NCBI GenBank assembly: GCA_000146045.2
Contig: BK006946.2
Location: forward strand, 32,001-96,000
DNA length: 64,000 bases
DNA from: TPA_inf: Saccharomyces
Taxonomy: Eukaryota
Direction: 5' to 3'
Shown here one piece after another: positions 10,043 through 22,468 of this stretch. The notes under the pieces were generated by a model. It did not search any database, was not told where the DNA came from, and saw only the letters and a program-made list of their open reading frames with translations. The position numbers were made by a program, and so were the translations under genes. The number at the start of each line of letters is the position of its first letter. Within the stretch, counting starts at the first letter, position 1.

Positions 10043-11575
10043 TTACATAGTTATATCGTGATCTGTGGCTATATCTGCAGGAGGAGATGTCGGGGCGTTT
10101 TCATTAGGCGTCGAATGAGGAGAGTGACTTGTAGTAGCATCGATATTGGTTGTGTTATGTGCTACAGGTGTAGTATTTGTAGTATCTTGCGCTGTCATTG
10201 TTGGCGGTTCCGATTCCGCGACCAGGTTCTCCGCAGGCATACTCGACATTTCATTCTCATCTTCACTGCTCCCTAAGATGCCAAATAAGTTTATGTCATC
10301 GTCCTCATCCTCGGCGTTTGTGTTGATAACTATGGTAGAGTTGTTTAATGCATTAGGGGTGGTCGTGTCGTCTGCAGCGTCCCTTGCGTGCTCGTTATTT
10401 AGTAGAAGCTCAAGATCATGGCCTTCATCTTGTTCCCTCTTTGTTCGTTGTGAAATAAGCTCTTCTTGCCGACGTTTTAGCGATTTTGCTCTTTCTTCCT
10501 TGGCCATTCGTATTTTTTCCTTCTTCAACTTCTGGACCTTAGGTAAATTGTGCATGAATAGTGTCATAGACTTACGAAATTGCAATTCTATGGTTTTTTG
10601 TATGGTTTTGTGAGACTGGTGAGGACTCTCTGGAAGGTAGAGAGTTTCAGAAATTTTCAAGAATGGATTTTTTGTTCTTTTCAACTGATTCACTTCAAAT
10701 TTCGTGACACGTTCTCTCGCCAATTCCACTCTATACTTCGCATACTGCTCGATATTGTTTTCATTGAAGGACTTTTCAGTTATGGTTGGTTTCCTTTCTT
10801 CCAGCGCGTTGCCCCAAATCTCCAATTGTTGCTCGATAGCGTCCTCATCGTCTAAACCCGGCGGTTGCGGGGTATTTGACGCTGATGATATGTGGGAGAG
10901 ACTTTTGTTCAAGTTCAATAGTGCCTTTTCAGACTCTTGGCTTTCTTTTACTATTTCTTTCTTGATGGTTTTTAGATCAGTAATTGGATGGTTGAACTCA
11001 GGTGTAAACTTATAGGTATGGTCAGGCGGAAAGTTGGGCAGCCAACTCGGTATCTGTTTTTCCAGTGGGTTAGAGGGAGGCAGCAAAACGTTGATCTCGT
11101 TCTGTTGCTCCTCGATATTATTCAATTCGTCCTCTTCATCTTCTTCGTTATGCGGTAAAGCAGCAAGAGACGACCAGCTCATCAATTTTTCATATTCCGT
11201 GGAATGCTTCGATTTGATGAATTCTGAGGCCTGAAACTGCTGATAAAGGGAGGGCGCATCCAGGTTAAACTCTCGAAGCAACAATTTCAAATCTGCTTGA
11301 GAAGCTTGCGACCTTCTTTGTAAAAGTGTTAAATTGTGCAGGTTCCGAAACATGCCGTCCATTTGGACGGTCACGAGGTTGACCAGCTCATCCAATGCAA
11401 AGTTTGAAATGCAGATGTTCAACGAATTCAACTGGAAAAGTACTGTTTTCTTTAGAATTTCAACTACGGGAGCATCTATTTCCAAGTGACTAATTTCCGT
11501 CAAATCCGGTAGGTTCCTCAGCTGAACTATGGTACTTTGGGTACCGGTACCACTTTCTGACGTTTTGGAAGTCAT
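10043..11575 (-). CDS. TAF8: TFIID subunit (TAF8), histone-fold protein
   Basis: 510-aa ORF. It has an N-terminal histone-fold-like region and an acidic/Ser-rich C-terminus. Length and position (between VAN1 and DAT1) match YML114C. Confidence 0.85.
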   Translation of the reverse strand: MTSKTSESGTGTQSTIVQLRNLPDLTEISHLEIDAPVVEILKKTVLFQLNSLNICISNFALDELVNLVTVQMDGMFRNLHNLTLLQRRSQASQADLKLLLREFNLDAPSLYQQFQASEFIKSKHSTEYEKLMSWSSLAALPHNEEDEEDELNNIEEQQNEINVLLPPSNPLEKQIPSWLPNFPPDHTYKFTPEFNHPITDLKTIKKEIVKESQESEKALLNLNKSLSHISSASNTPQPPGLDDEDAIEQQLEIWGNALEERKPTITEKSFNENNIEQYAKYRVELARERVTKFEVNQLKRTKNPFLKISETLYLPESPHQSHKTIQKTIELQFRKSMTLFMHNLPKVQKLKKEKIRMAKEERAKSLKRRQEELISQRTKREQDEGHDLELLLNNEHARDAADDTTTPNALNNSTIVINTNAEDEDDDINLFGILGSSEDENEMSSMPAENLVAESEPPTMTAQDTTNTTPVAHNTTNIDATTSHSPHSTPNENAPTSPPADIATDHDITM

Positions 11576-11866
11576 TGCCCTTTATGAGTCCCTCAATTAC
11601 ACGTTTGTTTGCTTGCTTGCCTCTCTCTCCATTGCTTTTACTCTCTTTTTTAAAGAGTTCAAGATTTTCTACATAAAAGCATCGGGTAACACTCCCATAT
11701 ACACCATTTGTGCTTAAGCTGGCTTCTACCAGTCGCGTTTCAAGCGACTTTATTGATCGCATCAGCGTAGAACAAGAACAGAACTATGTATGCAAACAGG
11801 ACTAATCATCTTCAGTTATCTTACTTTAGTTTGCAACTATTTATATCATGTTTTCTTTTCAACTTC

Positions 11867-11956
11867 TTTTTTTTTTTTTCGTTTATGAAGCCGATGCTAA
11901 TGCATCAATTTTTTTTTTTTGGTGATGAGTTTTGAAAGAAAATGAAAAAAAAAAAA
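11867..11956. promoter_or_regulatory. Three homopolymeric dA:dT tracts (T13, T12, A12) in the divergent TAF8–DAT1 promoter
   Basis: T13 at 11867–11879, T12 at 11909–11920 and A12 at 11945–11956. They lie between the TAF8 ATG (11575, minus strand) and the DAT1 ATG (12045). Confidence 0.7.
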
Positions 11957-12044
11957 TTTCTATTATTGTCAGTGGAGTTTTTGAACAGATCACCTTGTGA
12001 ATCTACAAACTGTCCTAAAGTATATTGGAGCAGGACATTGGGTG

Positions 12045-12791
12045 ATGGCGAAAACTTTGGCACAAGGAAGGAAACCTGGAAGCGGCAGAAAGCCCGGAAA
12101 AGGGAAGACGTTGAGAGAGGGAAGAAAGCCTGGCAGTGGTAGGAGGAGGAGGCAAGATACTGGGGGTAAAGAGACCGACGGGTCTCAGCAAGATCAGGAG
12201 TCGCGTCTTATTAGTTCCAGGGACATGGAAGCTGTGGACGCACTGAGAGAGTTGACGCACAGCCCGTCGTCTCACTCAGCTCATAATTCATCAGCAGCAC
12301 CACCGCCGCATGCAGCAGCGGCGTCAACTTCATTGCCTCCATCTCTGGATTATACCCATCAGTCATTCATGGATCAACAACAACAACAGCAGCAGCAGCA
12401 GCAGCAACAACTACTACAGCAACAGAGAGTGGACGTCGTTCCGCCCAAGCCGTTCATCACCCACAAGATCCTGTTATCTTCAACGGGAAACTCTGGCGGC
12501 CACGTGAATTCAAATTACAACGCCGACCACAGCATTAATCATAATTCAAACCACAACCTTAACAGCAACGTGAACGTGAACATGAACTTTACTATAAATG
12601 GGAGCAATCAAGACCCGTCATCTTCTTTCCTGATGGGGCCCTACAACTACTTACAGCGGCCTTTCATTGTGAAACCATATCTTGATCTGTCCACAAGCAC
12701 AGCAGCATCAAATCAGCCACGGACGCAACCATCGCCGGCAGCACATATCACTAAGAATTCCGATTCTACAGAGAAAAACGCAACCATATGA
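12045..12791 (+). CDS. DAT1: Oligo(dA)·oligo(dT)-binding protein (datin) with GRKPG pentad AT-hook-like repeats
   Basis: The protein contains three GRKPG repeats (GRKPGSGRKPGKG...GRKPGSG) and a Q12 tract. The ORF is open from 11997 (264 aa). The recalled 248-aa product starts at the Met of 'MAKTLAQGRKPG' at 12045. Confidence 0.88.
   Translation: MAKTLAQGRKPGSGRKPGKGKTLREGRKPGSGRRRRQDTGGKETDGSQQDQESRLISSRDMEAVDALRELTHSPSSHSAHNSSAAPPPHAAAASTSLPPSLDYTHQSFMDQQQQQQQQQQQQLLQQQRVDVVPPKPFITHKILLSSTGNSGGHVNSNYNADHSINHNSNHNLNSNVNVNMNFTINGSNQDPSSSFLMGPYNYLQRPFIVKPYLDLSTSTAASNQPRTQPSPAAHITKNSDSTEKNATI
12375..12410 (+). repeat. DAT1: CAA/CAG trinucleotide run encoding Q12 within DAT1
   Basis: (CAA)5(CAG)6(CAA)… is read directly and translates to QQQQQQQQQQQQ, followed by LLQQQ. 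Confidence 0.9.
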
Positions 12792-13062
12792 CATTCATTT
12801 CCAGCATACCACTAAAACATTCGTATATGCCACATAATAACTAGTTGAGAAAACCATAGATATTTATATTTATATGTATTTGTACTTCTTTGAGCAATGT
12901 ATATTTAAGACTGATCTCAACTTCAGCAACTGTTCAAATTCACTGTTTTTCCTAATTAAGCACAACATGAAAAACTAGAATTTTAGAAAGAAAAGGAAAA
13001 AGAATACCAGATGGTAGTTAATTTCTCACAAAAGCACTGCCAGGTAAAGGTATACAGCAAGG

Positions 13063-13953
13063 ATGGACTCTCTTGAAGCTAGATTACAATTCATTCAGGT
13101 CCTGAAGAACCTGCAAAAGACGCTGCACAAGACCAGAGACTCTATCACATCATCGTCGACCACCACACCACCGTCATCGCAACAAAAGCTGAACAATGAC
13201 CCTATACAGTTCTACTTGAGAAACTACAGACATCACTACGAGGACTTCCACCAATGTTTGTTCGATACAACCATGAAGATGGACCCACTAGATAGACTGG
13301 ACGTAGTGATATACTATGTTAGAATAATAAGAAACTTATATCCGCATAGCCATTCCAATACCAATGTTACAAAAGTGTTAAACGAAGTGCTACTCATGGA
13401 CATAGACTTGGTTTTTGAGCTTTGTCTGCCCTGCCAGGACTGGAAATCCCTCACGAATCAAGCCACCTGTAAAGAGCTATTCCTTGACTTATCCAAACTA
13501 ATCCATTACGACGCCACCAGCGTCACGCACACACCATCAGACACCACACTCATAGACGCTACTACCTGGTACAGTGTCAAGACAGAGAGGACTACAAAGG
13601 ACTATAAAGAATCATTGCAACGAACGGAGTCTCTGCTTAAGGACAGAGACTTGAAGAAATTGGCTTTCTTTCAGCAGTTCAATTCCGATACAACTGCGAT
13701 CAACCCGGACTTACAGACGCAGCCAACCAATGCAAACATTTTGTTGCACAGGATGGAAGCAGACAGGGAACTGCACAAGAGGTCGAAAGAGACAAGTTGG
13801 TACATCGAAAGGCCCTCCAACGATATACTGGATGAATCCGAATTTAAAAGCTTGTGGACGCATTTTGAAACTACTGATTCCGGATTTGATAAGGACGATT
13901 ACAAAAATATCAAGGCTTTAAATGACATTGCGAAGGCATCTTACATATATTAG
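13063..13953 (+). CDS. CTK3: CTDK-I gamma subunit (RNA Pol II CTD kinase I complex)
   Basis: 296-aa ORF. Length and position match YML112W. I recognise it by recollection rather than by a motif. Confidence 0.8.
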   Translation: MDSLEARLQFIQVLKNLQKTLHKTRDSITSSSTTTPPSSQQKLNNDPIQFYLRNYRHHYEDFHQCLFDTTMKMDPLDRLDVVIYYVRIIRNLYPHSHSNTNVTKVLNEVLLMDIDLVFELCLPCQDWKSLTNQATCKELFLDLSKLIHYDATSVTHTPSDTTLIDATTWYSVKTERTTKDYKESLQRTESLLKDRDLKKLAFFQQFNSDTTAINPDLQTQPTNANILLHRMEADRELHKRSKETSWYIERPSNDILDESEFKSLWTHFETTDSGFDKDDYKNIKALNDIAKASYIY

Positions 13954-14941
13954 TACCATGACGTTATATATATATCTGTGAAGAGAATCCGTATCTGTAT
14001 TATATATACGTATATACGTATCAATGCGCGTACAAAATGAACTTGTCTTTTTCTTATCTCGATTTCAGGAAAAGCAAACTATTCAAGGTGAAACGGCGGC
14101 TAATTTTCCTCTAAGTTACTTTTATTGTAGTCCTCAACATGTGCAGACGAATAAACTTAACACGGTTTGCAGAGTGTGTTGTTGAGTATAAAACAGTCAA
14201 TTTCTGTGGACCTGGCCGTAGCCTATTGCTGAAAACACACAAAAGAGGAGTTTGACGAGACTTAAAACAAGCCAAGGAAAATACCATGTTAGACTACTCC
14301 CTTCATTCGATGGTTTTACGCCGCATTTCTACACAAATGAATTTACATTCGGGCTGATATGGTTGCTACATAAGCGAATTTAAAATTTGAGAAGGTTCAT
14401 TGTTGCCTTGTGGTTCGAGCTTAAAGATCATAAAGAACCGCGGGGAATTTGTCTAGTTACAAGCTGGAAAGGACTGAGCAGAGGAAGAGCATTCGTTCAC
14501 AGAGAGGTCCACGATAGAAAAGTGCCAAGAATATTACTTCTTTCACATCAAAAATGTGTGACGGTTCCTTTGCACGTTGAAGCGTTATCATTTTTTTATG
14601 TATATACGGCACCGGTTTTTCGCCTTTTCCTGTTCGTATATTTATAGTCGCCCCGCCATTGCTCGCCCTGTTCCTGGTAGTCTAGGCTCTTTGCATTTCT
14701 CTTTTGGTGATTTTTATTTTTTATCTGCCGTTACCAATTAAGAAAAATTTCTGAAATCGTCCAACAGATATGCGTAAAGCAAATATTGCAATTATCATTT
14801 TGTGCATAACTTACCAATAATTGATTTCTGTTTCTGTAGGATTTCTCGACAAGAATCTCAACTTCTTACCCGTTTTGGCCAAGGACTTTGCAACTGAAGC
14901 AGCAGATTTGAGATATATTCTGGGGAACAAAAGAAGTATTA

Positions 14942-17704
14942 ATGACTTTTACATTCTCCACTTCATCAAGGAAAAATGGGAGACCTCCTTTAAAATCAGT
15001 TTCTACGGAAGATAACATTCATCTATTGAGGAAGCGGCGTCAACAGCAGCTGTCAAGTAATTCTACAGATAATTCGCTGCATCCAAATAGTGGGCAGACT
15101 CCACGTGCAAGTGACAGCCAGGACGATGACATACGCAGCGCTTCAACAACCAATTTAGACCGTTTACGACAAGAACGAGAGGAAAATTCACTGGAAATGG
15201 ACTGCACACAGTCAAGATTATCTCATAGAGCAAATATGCTAGTGGATGTCCTACCATCTTTTGAGATGTATAATGCCTTGCACAGACACATACCTCAAGG
15301 AAACGTTGATCCCGATAGACATGATTTCCCCCCTTCTTATCAAGAAGTTCGCACTCAAAGAATGACTATATTGCCCAGCAATGATAATTCCGTGGAAAGG
15401 TCACAATTGACAGCAGTGCCAGGATCCGAAAACGCATGTAATAATGCGACTGCCCATTCTCTTACCAACCTACATCCTCTACAAACACAACATCTTACAA
15501 TAAACAGTACAAGAAGTGGTGGACAGTCGCTCCATTCTTCATCAGACACCAATATCAGTCAAATACCGTTCGAAGATGATCTAAACGACTCGGATAACAT
15601 TTTTATAGACAAGTTATACACCTTACCCAAGTTATCCACTCCTATCGAAATTGATATAAGAATAACGAAAACTGCATCAATACCTCATGAGCGTCCTGAG
15701 GAACAGTCAATATTGAAGGAATACACCTCGGGTGATATTATTCATGGTTATTGTTTAATTGAAAATCGGTCCTCTCAACCACTGAAATTTGAAATGTTTT
15801 ATGTCACTTTAGAAGCGTACATATCTGTAATTGACCGTCAGAAAGGGAAAAGAACGTTAAAGAGATTTTTAAGAATGGTCGATTTGAGCGCATCTTGGTC
15901 TTATACAAACATAACCCCAAGTACGGGTATTAATATTGTCCCCGGTGAAAGGGATTTTGACGATGCCATCATTGGTCTTTCAAACAGCAGAGAATTGAAG
16001 CCGAACACAAAGTATAAGAAATTCTTCATGTTCAAGCTTCCTACACAGTTATTGGACGTGACTTGCAAACAAGAGCAATTCTCACACTGCCTTCTGCCTC
16101 CCAGCTTTGGTATCGACAAGTATAAAAATAATTGTAAATACTCTGGCATAAAAGTAAATAGTGTCCTTGGCTGTGGGCATTTAGGTACAAAAGGTTCACC
16201 CATTCTGACACTTGACATGGCAGATGATAATTTATCAATAAATTATACAATTGATGCCAAAATTGTCGGTAAAGATAAAAGAACATCTAAGCTGAATATT
16301 ATGAAAGAAAAAGAATATAACTTGAGAGTTATGCCCTTCCCCTTTGCTGGTGTCACTAATCAACAAAACGAGAAAACGTGTTTGAGACAACTGAAAAATT
16401 TGGAAAGCTTGATTGAAGATAGATTTGAAGCTTTGAACAAGATTTTCAAGAAACTGGAATTAAATGAGGCCATTTCGAATGTAGATATTCATGACACAGA
16501 TATAAGCGGGACTTTGGACGGTAATGAAGATTTGGATTCCGATGAGATATTAAGACGTAAGCTAGATCAACTGCACATCAATAACAGGATTGATGATACC
16601 GCCAGCCAATCACCATCCTATGACTCCAAAAATATGGCTCCAAAGGAAAACCTAGTCGAGACTGAGTTACGCTATAAGTTTAAAAATAAGAATAAATCAA
16701 ATTCAAGTTTATTTTCTCATTTTTTGAGTTCATCAGAAACGGGGTCATCTTCAACTGGTCCACATGTATATAATTCCGGATTGATTGTATTATCAGTTAA
16801 AAAACCGCAATCTACATTACCTTATTGGTCACCATCATTGTTGAGAAAAACCAACAAATTTGAAGCAAAGAGTGAACAAGAAAAGGAAAACTGGCAAAGG
16901 TTAATGGGCATGCTTCCAGAAGGAGTGAAAACCCCACTGACCAAGTTAGATGTACATTTGACTTGTATCCAATCTAATAATAGTGCAGGACATAAGCCGC
17001 CAGAAATAAGCTCTGTAACGACAGAATTTGTGGTCATCACAGCAAAGTCTGATAATTCGATTCCTATCAAATTCTGCACTGAACTGTTGATGAATGAGAA
17101 TAGATTAAACAAACTAAAGACAAAATTTTTGACGTATCAGAAAAAAGTTCATGAATATCGTAAAAAATTTGAAGAAAACCATGCGAAGCTAAACGAGCTT
17201 TATAATAGAAATAGAGATCATTTCACTCCAAAAGAGCTTTTGTTCACAAATTTCATATCTGATCAAATAAACAATGATATTGACAGTTTAGCTGGATTAA
17301 AAGTTAACATTATTGATTTACATGATATCTTCAAAAAGCAAATACATACTTTTGAAGAAGAAAACGAGGATATTATTTCGAAGAAAGGAAGTTCCAATCC
17401 TCCTTCCGCGTCATCCAGTAATAATAATTTCTTACAAGCAACATTTAGCAATGGTGCATCCACCGCTACTAAGTTTACTCAGCAAATTGTGCATGAATGG
17501 GAAAAAGTTAAGCCATTACAGTATAAGAGGGATGTTACAGTTAATTTGAAGCTCAACCCCAACATTAAAGAAACGTTAGTGCCCAATCTTGAAACGTGTT
17601 TGTGTTGTAGATTTTATTGTGTTCGAGTAAACATCAAATTTGATAACCACTTGGGTTCTATGAAAGTTGATATTCCGGTTGATGTGAAAAAGTTACAAAT
17701 TTAG
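14942..17704 (+). CDS. BUL2: Rsp5 E3-ligase adaptor (Bul1/Bul2 family, arrestin-like) with PPxY motif
   Basis: 920-aa ORF. It has an N-terminal PY motif ('DFPPSYQEV') typical of Rsp5 WW-domain binders. The length equals BUL2. Confidence 0.88.
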   Translation: MTFTFSTSSRKNGRPPLKSVSTEDNIHLLRKRRQQQLSSNSTDNSLHPNSGQTPRASDSQDDDIRSASTTNLDRLRQEREENSLEMDCTQSRLSHRANMLVDVLPSFEMYNALHRHIPQGNVDPDRHDFPPSYQEVRTQRMTILPSNDNSVERSQLTAVPGSENACNNATAHSLTNLHPLQTQHLTINSTRSGGQSLHSSSDTNISQIPFEDDLNDSDNIFIDKLYTLPKLSTPIEIDIRITKTASIPHERPEEQSILKEYTSGDIIHGYCLIENRSSQPLKFEMFYVTLEAYISVIDRQKGKRTLKRFLRMVDLSASWSYTNITPSTGINIVPGERDFDDAIIGLSNSRELKPNTKYKKFFMFKLPTQLLDVTCKQEQFSHCLLPPSFGIDKYKNNCKYSGIKVNSVLGCGHLGTKGSPILTLDMADDNLSINYTIDAKIVGKDKRTSKLNIMKEKEYNLRVMPFPFAGVTNQQNEKTCLRQLKNLESLIEDRFEALNKIFKKLELNEAISNVDIHDTDISGTLDGNEDLDSDEILRRKLDQLHINNRIDDTASQSPSYDSKNMAPKENLVETELRYKFKNKNKSNSSLFSHFLSSSETGSSSTGPHVYNSGLIVLSVKKPQSTLPYWSPSLLRKTNKFEAKSEQEKENWQRLMGMLPEGVKTPLTKLDVHLTCIQSNNSAGHKPPEISSVTTEFVVITAKSDNSIPIKFCTELLMNENRLNKLKTKFLTYQKKVHEYRKKFEENHAKLNELYNRNRDHFTPKELLFTNFISDQINNDIDSLAGLKVNIIDLHDIFKKQIHTFEEENEDIISKKGSSNPPSASSSNNNFLQATFSNGASTATKFTQQIVHEWEKVKPLQYKRDVTVNLKLNPNIKETLVPNLETCLCCRFYCVRVNIKFDNHLGSMKVDIPVDVKKLQI

Positions 17705-18030
17705 ACCATACAACACTAACAGTAATCTCGCAGTTTTACAAATAATTGATAAAAGCAGGACTATTTTTTAACCATTTAATATACCTATTACTATTAATAT
17801 CATTAATATTATTATATTATGTACAGTCACTTATTTCTTTTTTTTTTTTTCTTTCTTTCTTTCGTTCTATTTCCCCCTAGTATATACGAATTCTGCACAT
17901 CACAGCAAAATATATGGCTATCACATGGCACAGGTATTACTAAAGAAGAAGAGAGACAGAAATAGTATAGGCATGTTTTACTAGCTTCGATTTTCTTGAC
18001 AAAAAAAAAAGGAAATTTGTTCTATTTACT

Positions 18031-19083
<1,053 letters not shown>

Positions 19084-19639
19084 TCAAATGCGGAAGCTAG
19101 TTTCCATATTAGGGAAGAGCAGGCAACAGGGCAGAATCCTATACGGAAAGACTTTCATTTAATGATACATTTGCCAAATAACTGTGTTCCAATATCGAGA
19201 ACAGAACTATCGGATACCTTGATATTTGCTCAATGGTGTCACTTCCCGTTTTTGACATGTACTCTTCCCAATTCAGAAAAATTCTCGCACTTTTCCCACA
19301 GAGAAAACCGCAAAACTCAGAAATTTAGGCTGTGTATCGCCGATAGTATCACGGCCGGTTTATGCTTGATTTGGCTGCAAAATGGTCACATTGGACCTAG
19401 AAGTGGCCTTTTGTAGCTAATTATAAGTGCATGATTATTGTGACCAGTAACATTTGCTGACGCGTTGTGCGGGTAGCACACGCCGCGTCTTATTTTTGTT
19501 TTCATCTCATCTTCGTTAGATCATAATAATATGATTGAAAACTGGAGTAAAACGCTAAAGAACAGTGTCAAGGTTAGTAGTATCGTATACTTTACATTGA
19601 TCACGTTTGCACTATAGACTGAATTTAAATTAGAATTTT

Positions 19640-22468
19640 ATGGTACTGATGGAAGATATGCAAAACAAAGATGGCCATAATACTGTAGAAAACAGTAGTG
19701 GTGGTACGGACAGTAATAATAATATTCAAATGAGGCGAATGAGGAAGACACAGCTGTCCAAGAAGGAGCTTTTTGAGAAGAGGAAATCTGACGTGTTAAT
19801 TGCTGCCAAGTCTTTAGATACAGAAATTCAGAATGTGAAAAATTTGAAGCGATTGTCGATTGGTTCAATGGATTTGGTAATTGACCCTGAGCTAGAGTTC
19901 AAAGTGAACAGTAGAAACTCATATTCTTCAGATTCCTCAAAGGAATCCCTTCAAGAATCGCTCCATGAAGAGAACATTATACGATCAGAACAAAAGGAAG
20001 AACAAGGGAGCGAAGACAATGATGCATATGAAGAGGGCGATGCTACTAATGTCGACGACAGTATAGATATCACTCAAACAGAGTATTTGCATGATGAAGA
20101 AACATTGGAGAAGGAAAAAATCATCCGTAATGCTTCTTCATCCACTTCATCTTCAGCAAGAGTAACGTCGAGGAACAGAAGGCTCAGTGGAGTAAAGACA
20201 TTGGCTCACGATGTTGTATTGGATGTGGAGAACGACCACGATTCAAAAATGGTTGATTTAACTCAAAACCTTTTGTGGGTGCCCGCTGACCAACATCCTA
20301 ACGTTAAGCCCGAAAACTATTTGGAATTGATCCAGGACACTTTACAAAACATTCAAATAAGCACAAATCAAGACATTGATGAAAACAAATTAGAACTGGG
20401 TAACAATCATGTAATTTCGAATAGAAAACGCACGGGCTCTGTAGTTAGAAGGCCTTCTCGGTTGAAGACATCTTATACCAAGTTTGATGACGAACCTCCC
20501 CTTGCAGACAAACCACAAGAAGGAGAAATACAAGTGGATAAGCGAATATCCTCATCTGACATCAAAACCATAAGATCTGTATCTTTGAAAGAAATTACTG
20601 AAGAGCTTACTAAGATTTCCAATAATGCCGGTTTAACGGACTCAGATGCGGTGACTTTAGCCAGAAGCTTGAGCATGTCAGGGTCATTTACCAACGAAAG
20701 TCTTCATTTGAACGGCAATCACACTGAAAATGATAACGAATTTGCATCAAATATGTTTAATGAAACTGGACTTACCATACCAGAGAGATCTTCTCTAAGG
20801 AGGTCTAAATTCAACACATATAAGATCAGACTAGAGGGTAGTAGCCTTCCACAGGCGGTAAAACTCAATAGCCTAATGAATATACAAACTAATGACAATC
20901 GCAGAAGTGCATCATCGCCTGCCTCCTACACACAAGTGCCTCAGGAGCAAGCATCATTGAATGATTTTCACGAGATTTTCGACCATTACAGAAGAACAAG
21001 TACTGATTGGAGTACCGAAAATGAGAAATACGTTGATAGCACCAACTACTATTCGGATGAAGAAGATTTGACACATGCATCTATTTCTCAAGAGAGCAGT
21101 CTTTTATCTACAGATAGTTCTAACAACAGCGTTTTAATAAAGCCGCATAACACTGGTTCGATGATTTCTGAAAAATTGGATCAGCACGTTAGCTCGAGTG
21201 AAAAATCAAATACCAATAACAGCGAAGCAAATCATGGCTGGTCATGGTTGAATTCTAGCAATGGAAGTTTGAACGCTAATGAACAAACTTATCAACAGCT
21301 TACAGATGATGAAGACGATGAAGAATGTGTGGACAATGAAAAAGCTGACTTTGTTAACTTGAGTGTATCGAGGAGAGCGAAATCTACCAAACGTGCCTCT
21401 GAAAGAATAAACCATTCCAAAAATAGACATTCGCCAATTTTCCAGATACATTCTGAAGAAGCAAAATCCGTGGTAATCACTCCTTCAGTCGTTTCTTCAT
21501 CTGAATCCCAGCCATCTAAGCCTACTGCACCGGCAGTCGTGGAGAAAAAGGTAGAACTGCCTACTGACACCCAAGCCAGTACACATAAGAAAAATTCCTT
21601 GGAGAAAAGGCTTGCCAAATTATTCAAAAGAAAACAACATAATGGTACCTGCAAATCAGATGTGAAAGTAATCAAAAAAAGTGTTAAAAAAGAACTGAAA
21701 AAGAAGGCTTCGCATTCGAGTTTATCAAAATTCAGGAAAAGTCCCAAGAAAAAGCCCCAAGAAGCGGAAGTTGAACGCCCTTCATCCCCCACCAAAACAA
21801 TTACCACCGAAGATATAGATACAGCAAGCGTCATTGAACCAGAAGTGAGAAGTTCAAATGCTTCCACCCTTCTTCCTGACAGCCATACTAGCCACAGTTC
21901 TGAATTTGTGGTGGAAACTATAAGCGAGTTAGATGGCGACGATTCATTTGATATTAGTGGTGGTGATGTAAACTACGACGTCGAAGTGCACTCTAGTATC
22001 AGTAGAGATACGACAGCTGGACTAGAAGAGGATATAGGAGCAGAGAGAGAAGACAACACTTCACCTACTGCCCCTCAAATCTCAACTTTGCCTCCAAGAA
22101 AATTGACATTTGAAGATGTCGTTAAACCAGATTACTCAAACGCTCCAATAAAATTCACAGACAGTGCTTTTGGATTCCCATTACCAATGATAACCAACTC
22201 TACAGTGATTATGTTTGACCATCGTCTAGGAATTAATGTTGAAAGGGCTATTTACAGACTCAGCCATCTGAAGCTTAGCGATCCCGGGAGGGAATTAAGA
22301 CAACAAGTATTGCTAAGTAACTTCATGTACTCCTACTTGAATTTAGTCAATCATACCTTATACATGGAGCAGGTGGGCACTGGAGATATAGCCTTCAATG
22401 GTGATTCTGCCTTGGGAATGATGGACAAAAATGATTCTGATGGCACAATCTTAATTCCAGACATTTAA
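19640..22468 (+). CDS. ZDS2: Zds-family regulator of PP2A-Cdc55, polarity and silencing; Ser-rich and largely disordered
   Basis: 942-aa ORF. It is low-complexity and Ser/Thr-rich with a conserved C-terminal region. Length and position match YML109W. Confidence 0.85.
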   Translation: MVLMEDMQNKDGHNTVENSSGGTDSNNNIQMRRMRKTQLSKKELFEKRKSDVLIAAKSLDTEIQNVKNLKRLSIGSMDLVIDPELEFKVNSRNSYSSDSSKESLQESLHEENIIRSEQKEEQGSEDNDAYEEGDATNVDDSIDITQTEYLHDEETLEKEKIIRNASSSTSSSARVTSRNRRLSGVKTLAHDVVLDVENDHDSKMVDLTQNLLWVPADQHPNVKPENYLELIQDTLQNIQISTNQDIDENKLELGNNHVISNRKRTGSVVRRPSRLKTSYTKFDDEPPLADKPQEGEIQVDKRISSSDIKTIRSVSLKEITEELTKISNNAGLTDSDAVTLARSLSMSGSFTNESLHLNGNHTENDNEFASNMFNETGLTIPERSSLRRSKFNTYKIRLEGSSLPQAVKLNSLMNIQTNDNRRSASSPASYTQVPQEQASLNDFHEIFDHYRRTSTDWSTENEKYVDSTNYYSDEEDLTHASISQESSLLSTDSSNNSVLIKPHNTGSMISEKLDQHVSSSEKSNTNNSEANHGWSWLNSSNGSLNANEQTYQQLTDDEDDEECVDNEKADFVNLSVSRRAKSTKRASERINHSKNRHSPIFQIHSEEAKSVVITPSVVSSSESQPSKPTAPAVVEKKVELPTDTQASTHKKNSLEKRLAKLFKRKQHNGTCKSDVKVIKKSVKKELKKKASHSSLSKFRKSPKKKPQEAEVERPSSPTKTITTEDIDTASVIEPEVRSSNASTLLPDSHTSHSSEFVVETISELDGDDSFDISGGDVNYDVEVHSSISRDTTAGLEEDIGAEREDNTSPTAPQISTLPPRKLTFEDVVKPDYSNAPIKFTDSAFGFPLPMITNSTVIMFDHRLGINVERAIYRLSHLKLSDPGRELRQQVLLSNFMYSYLNLVNHTLYMEQVGTGDIAFNGDSALGMMDKNDSDGTILIPDI

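Noticed and set aside
14387-14647. 86-aa ORF in the 1-kb CTK3–BUL2 intergenic region; and a 132-aa ORF (19018..19416) in the COQ5–ZDS2 divergent promoter
   Set aside because: Both are short and isolated in promoter DNA with no motifs. I have no support for coding function. They probably reflect chance open frames in long upstream regions of BUL2 and ZDS2.
21292-21867. 191-aa ORF antisense to ZDS2
   Set aside because: The reasoning is the same as for the TSL1 antisense ORF. It is antisense to a Ser-rich disordered coding region and shows no domain signal.
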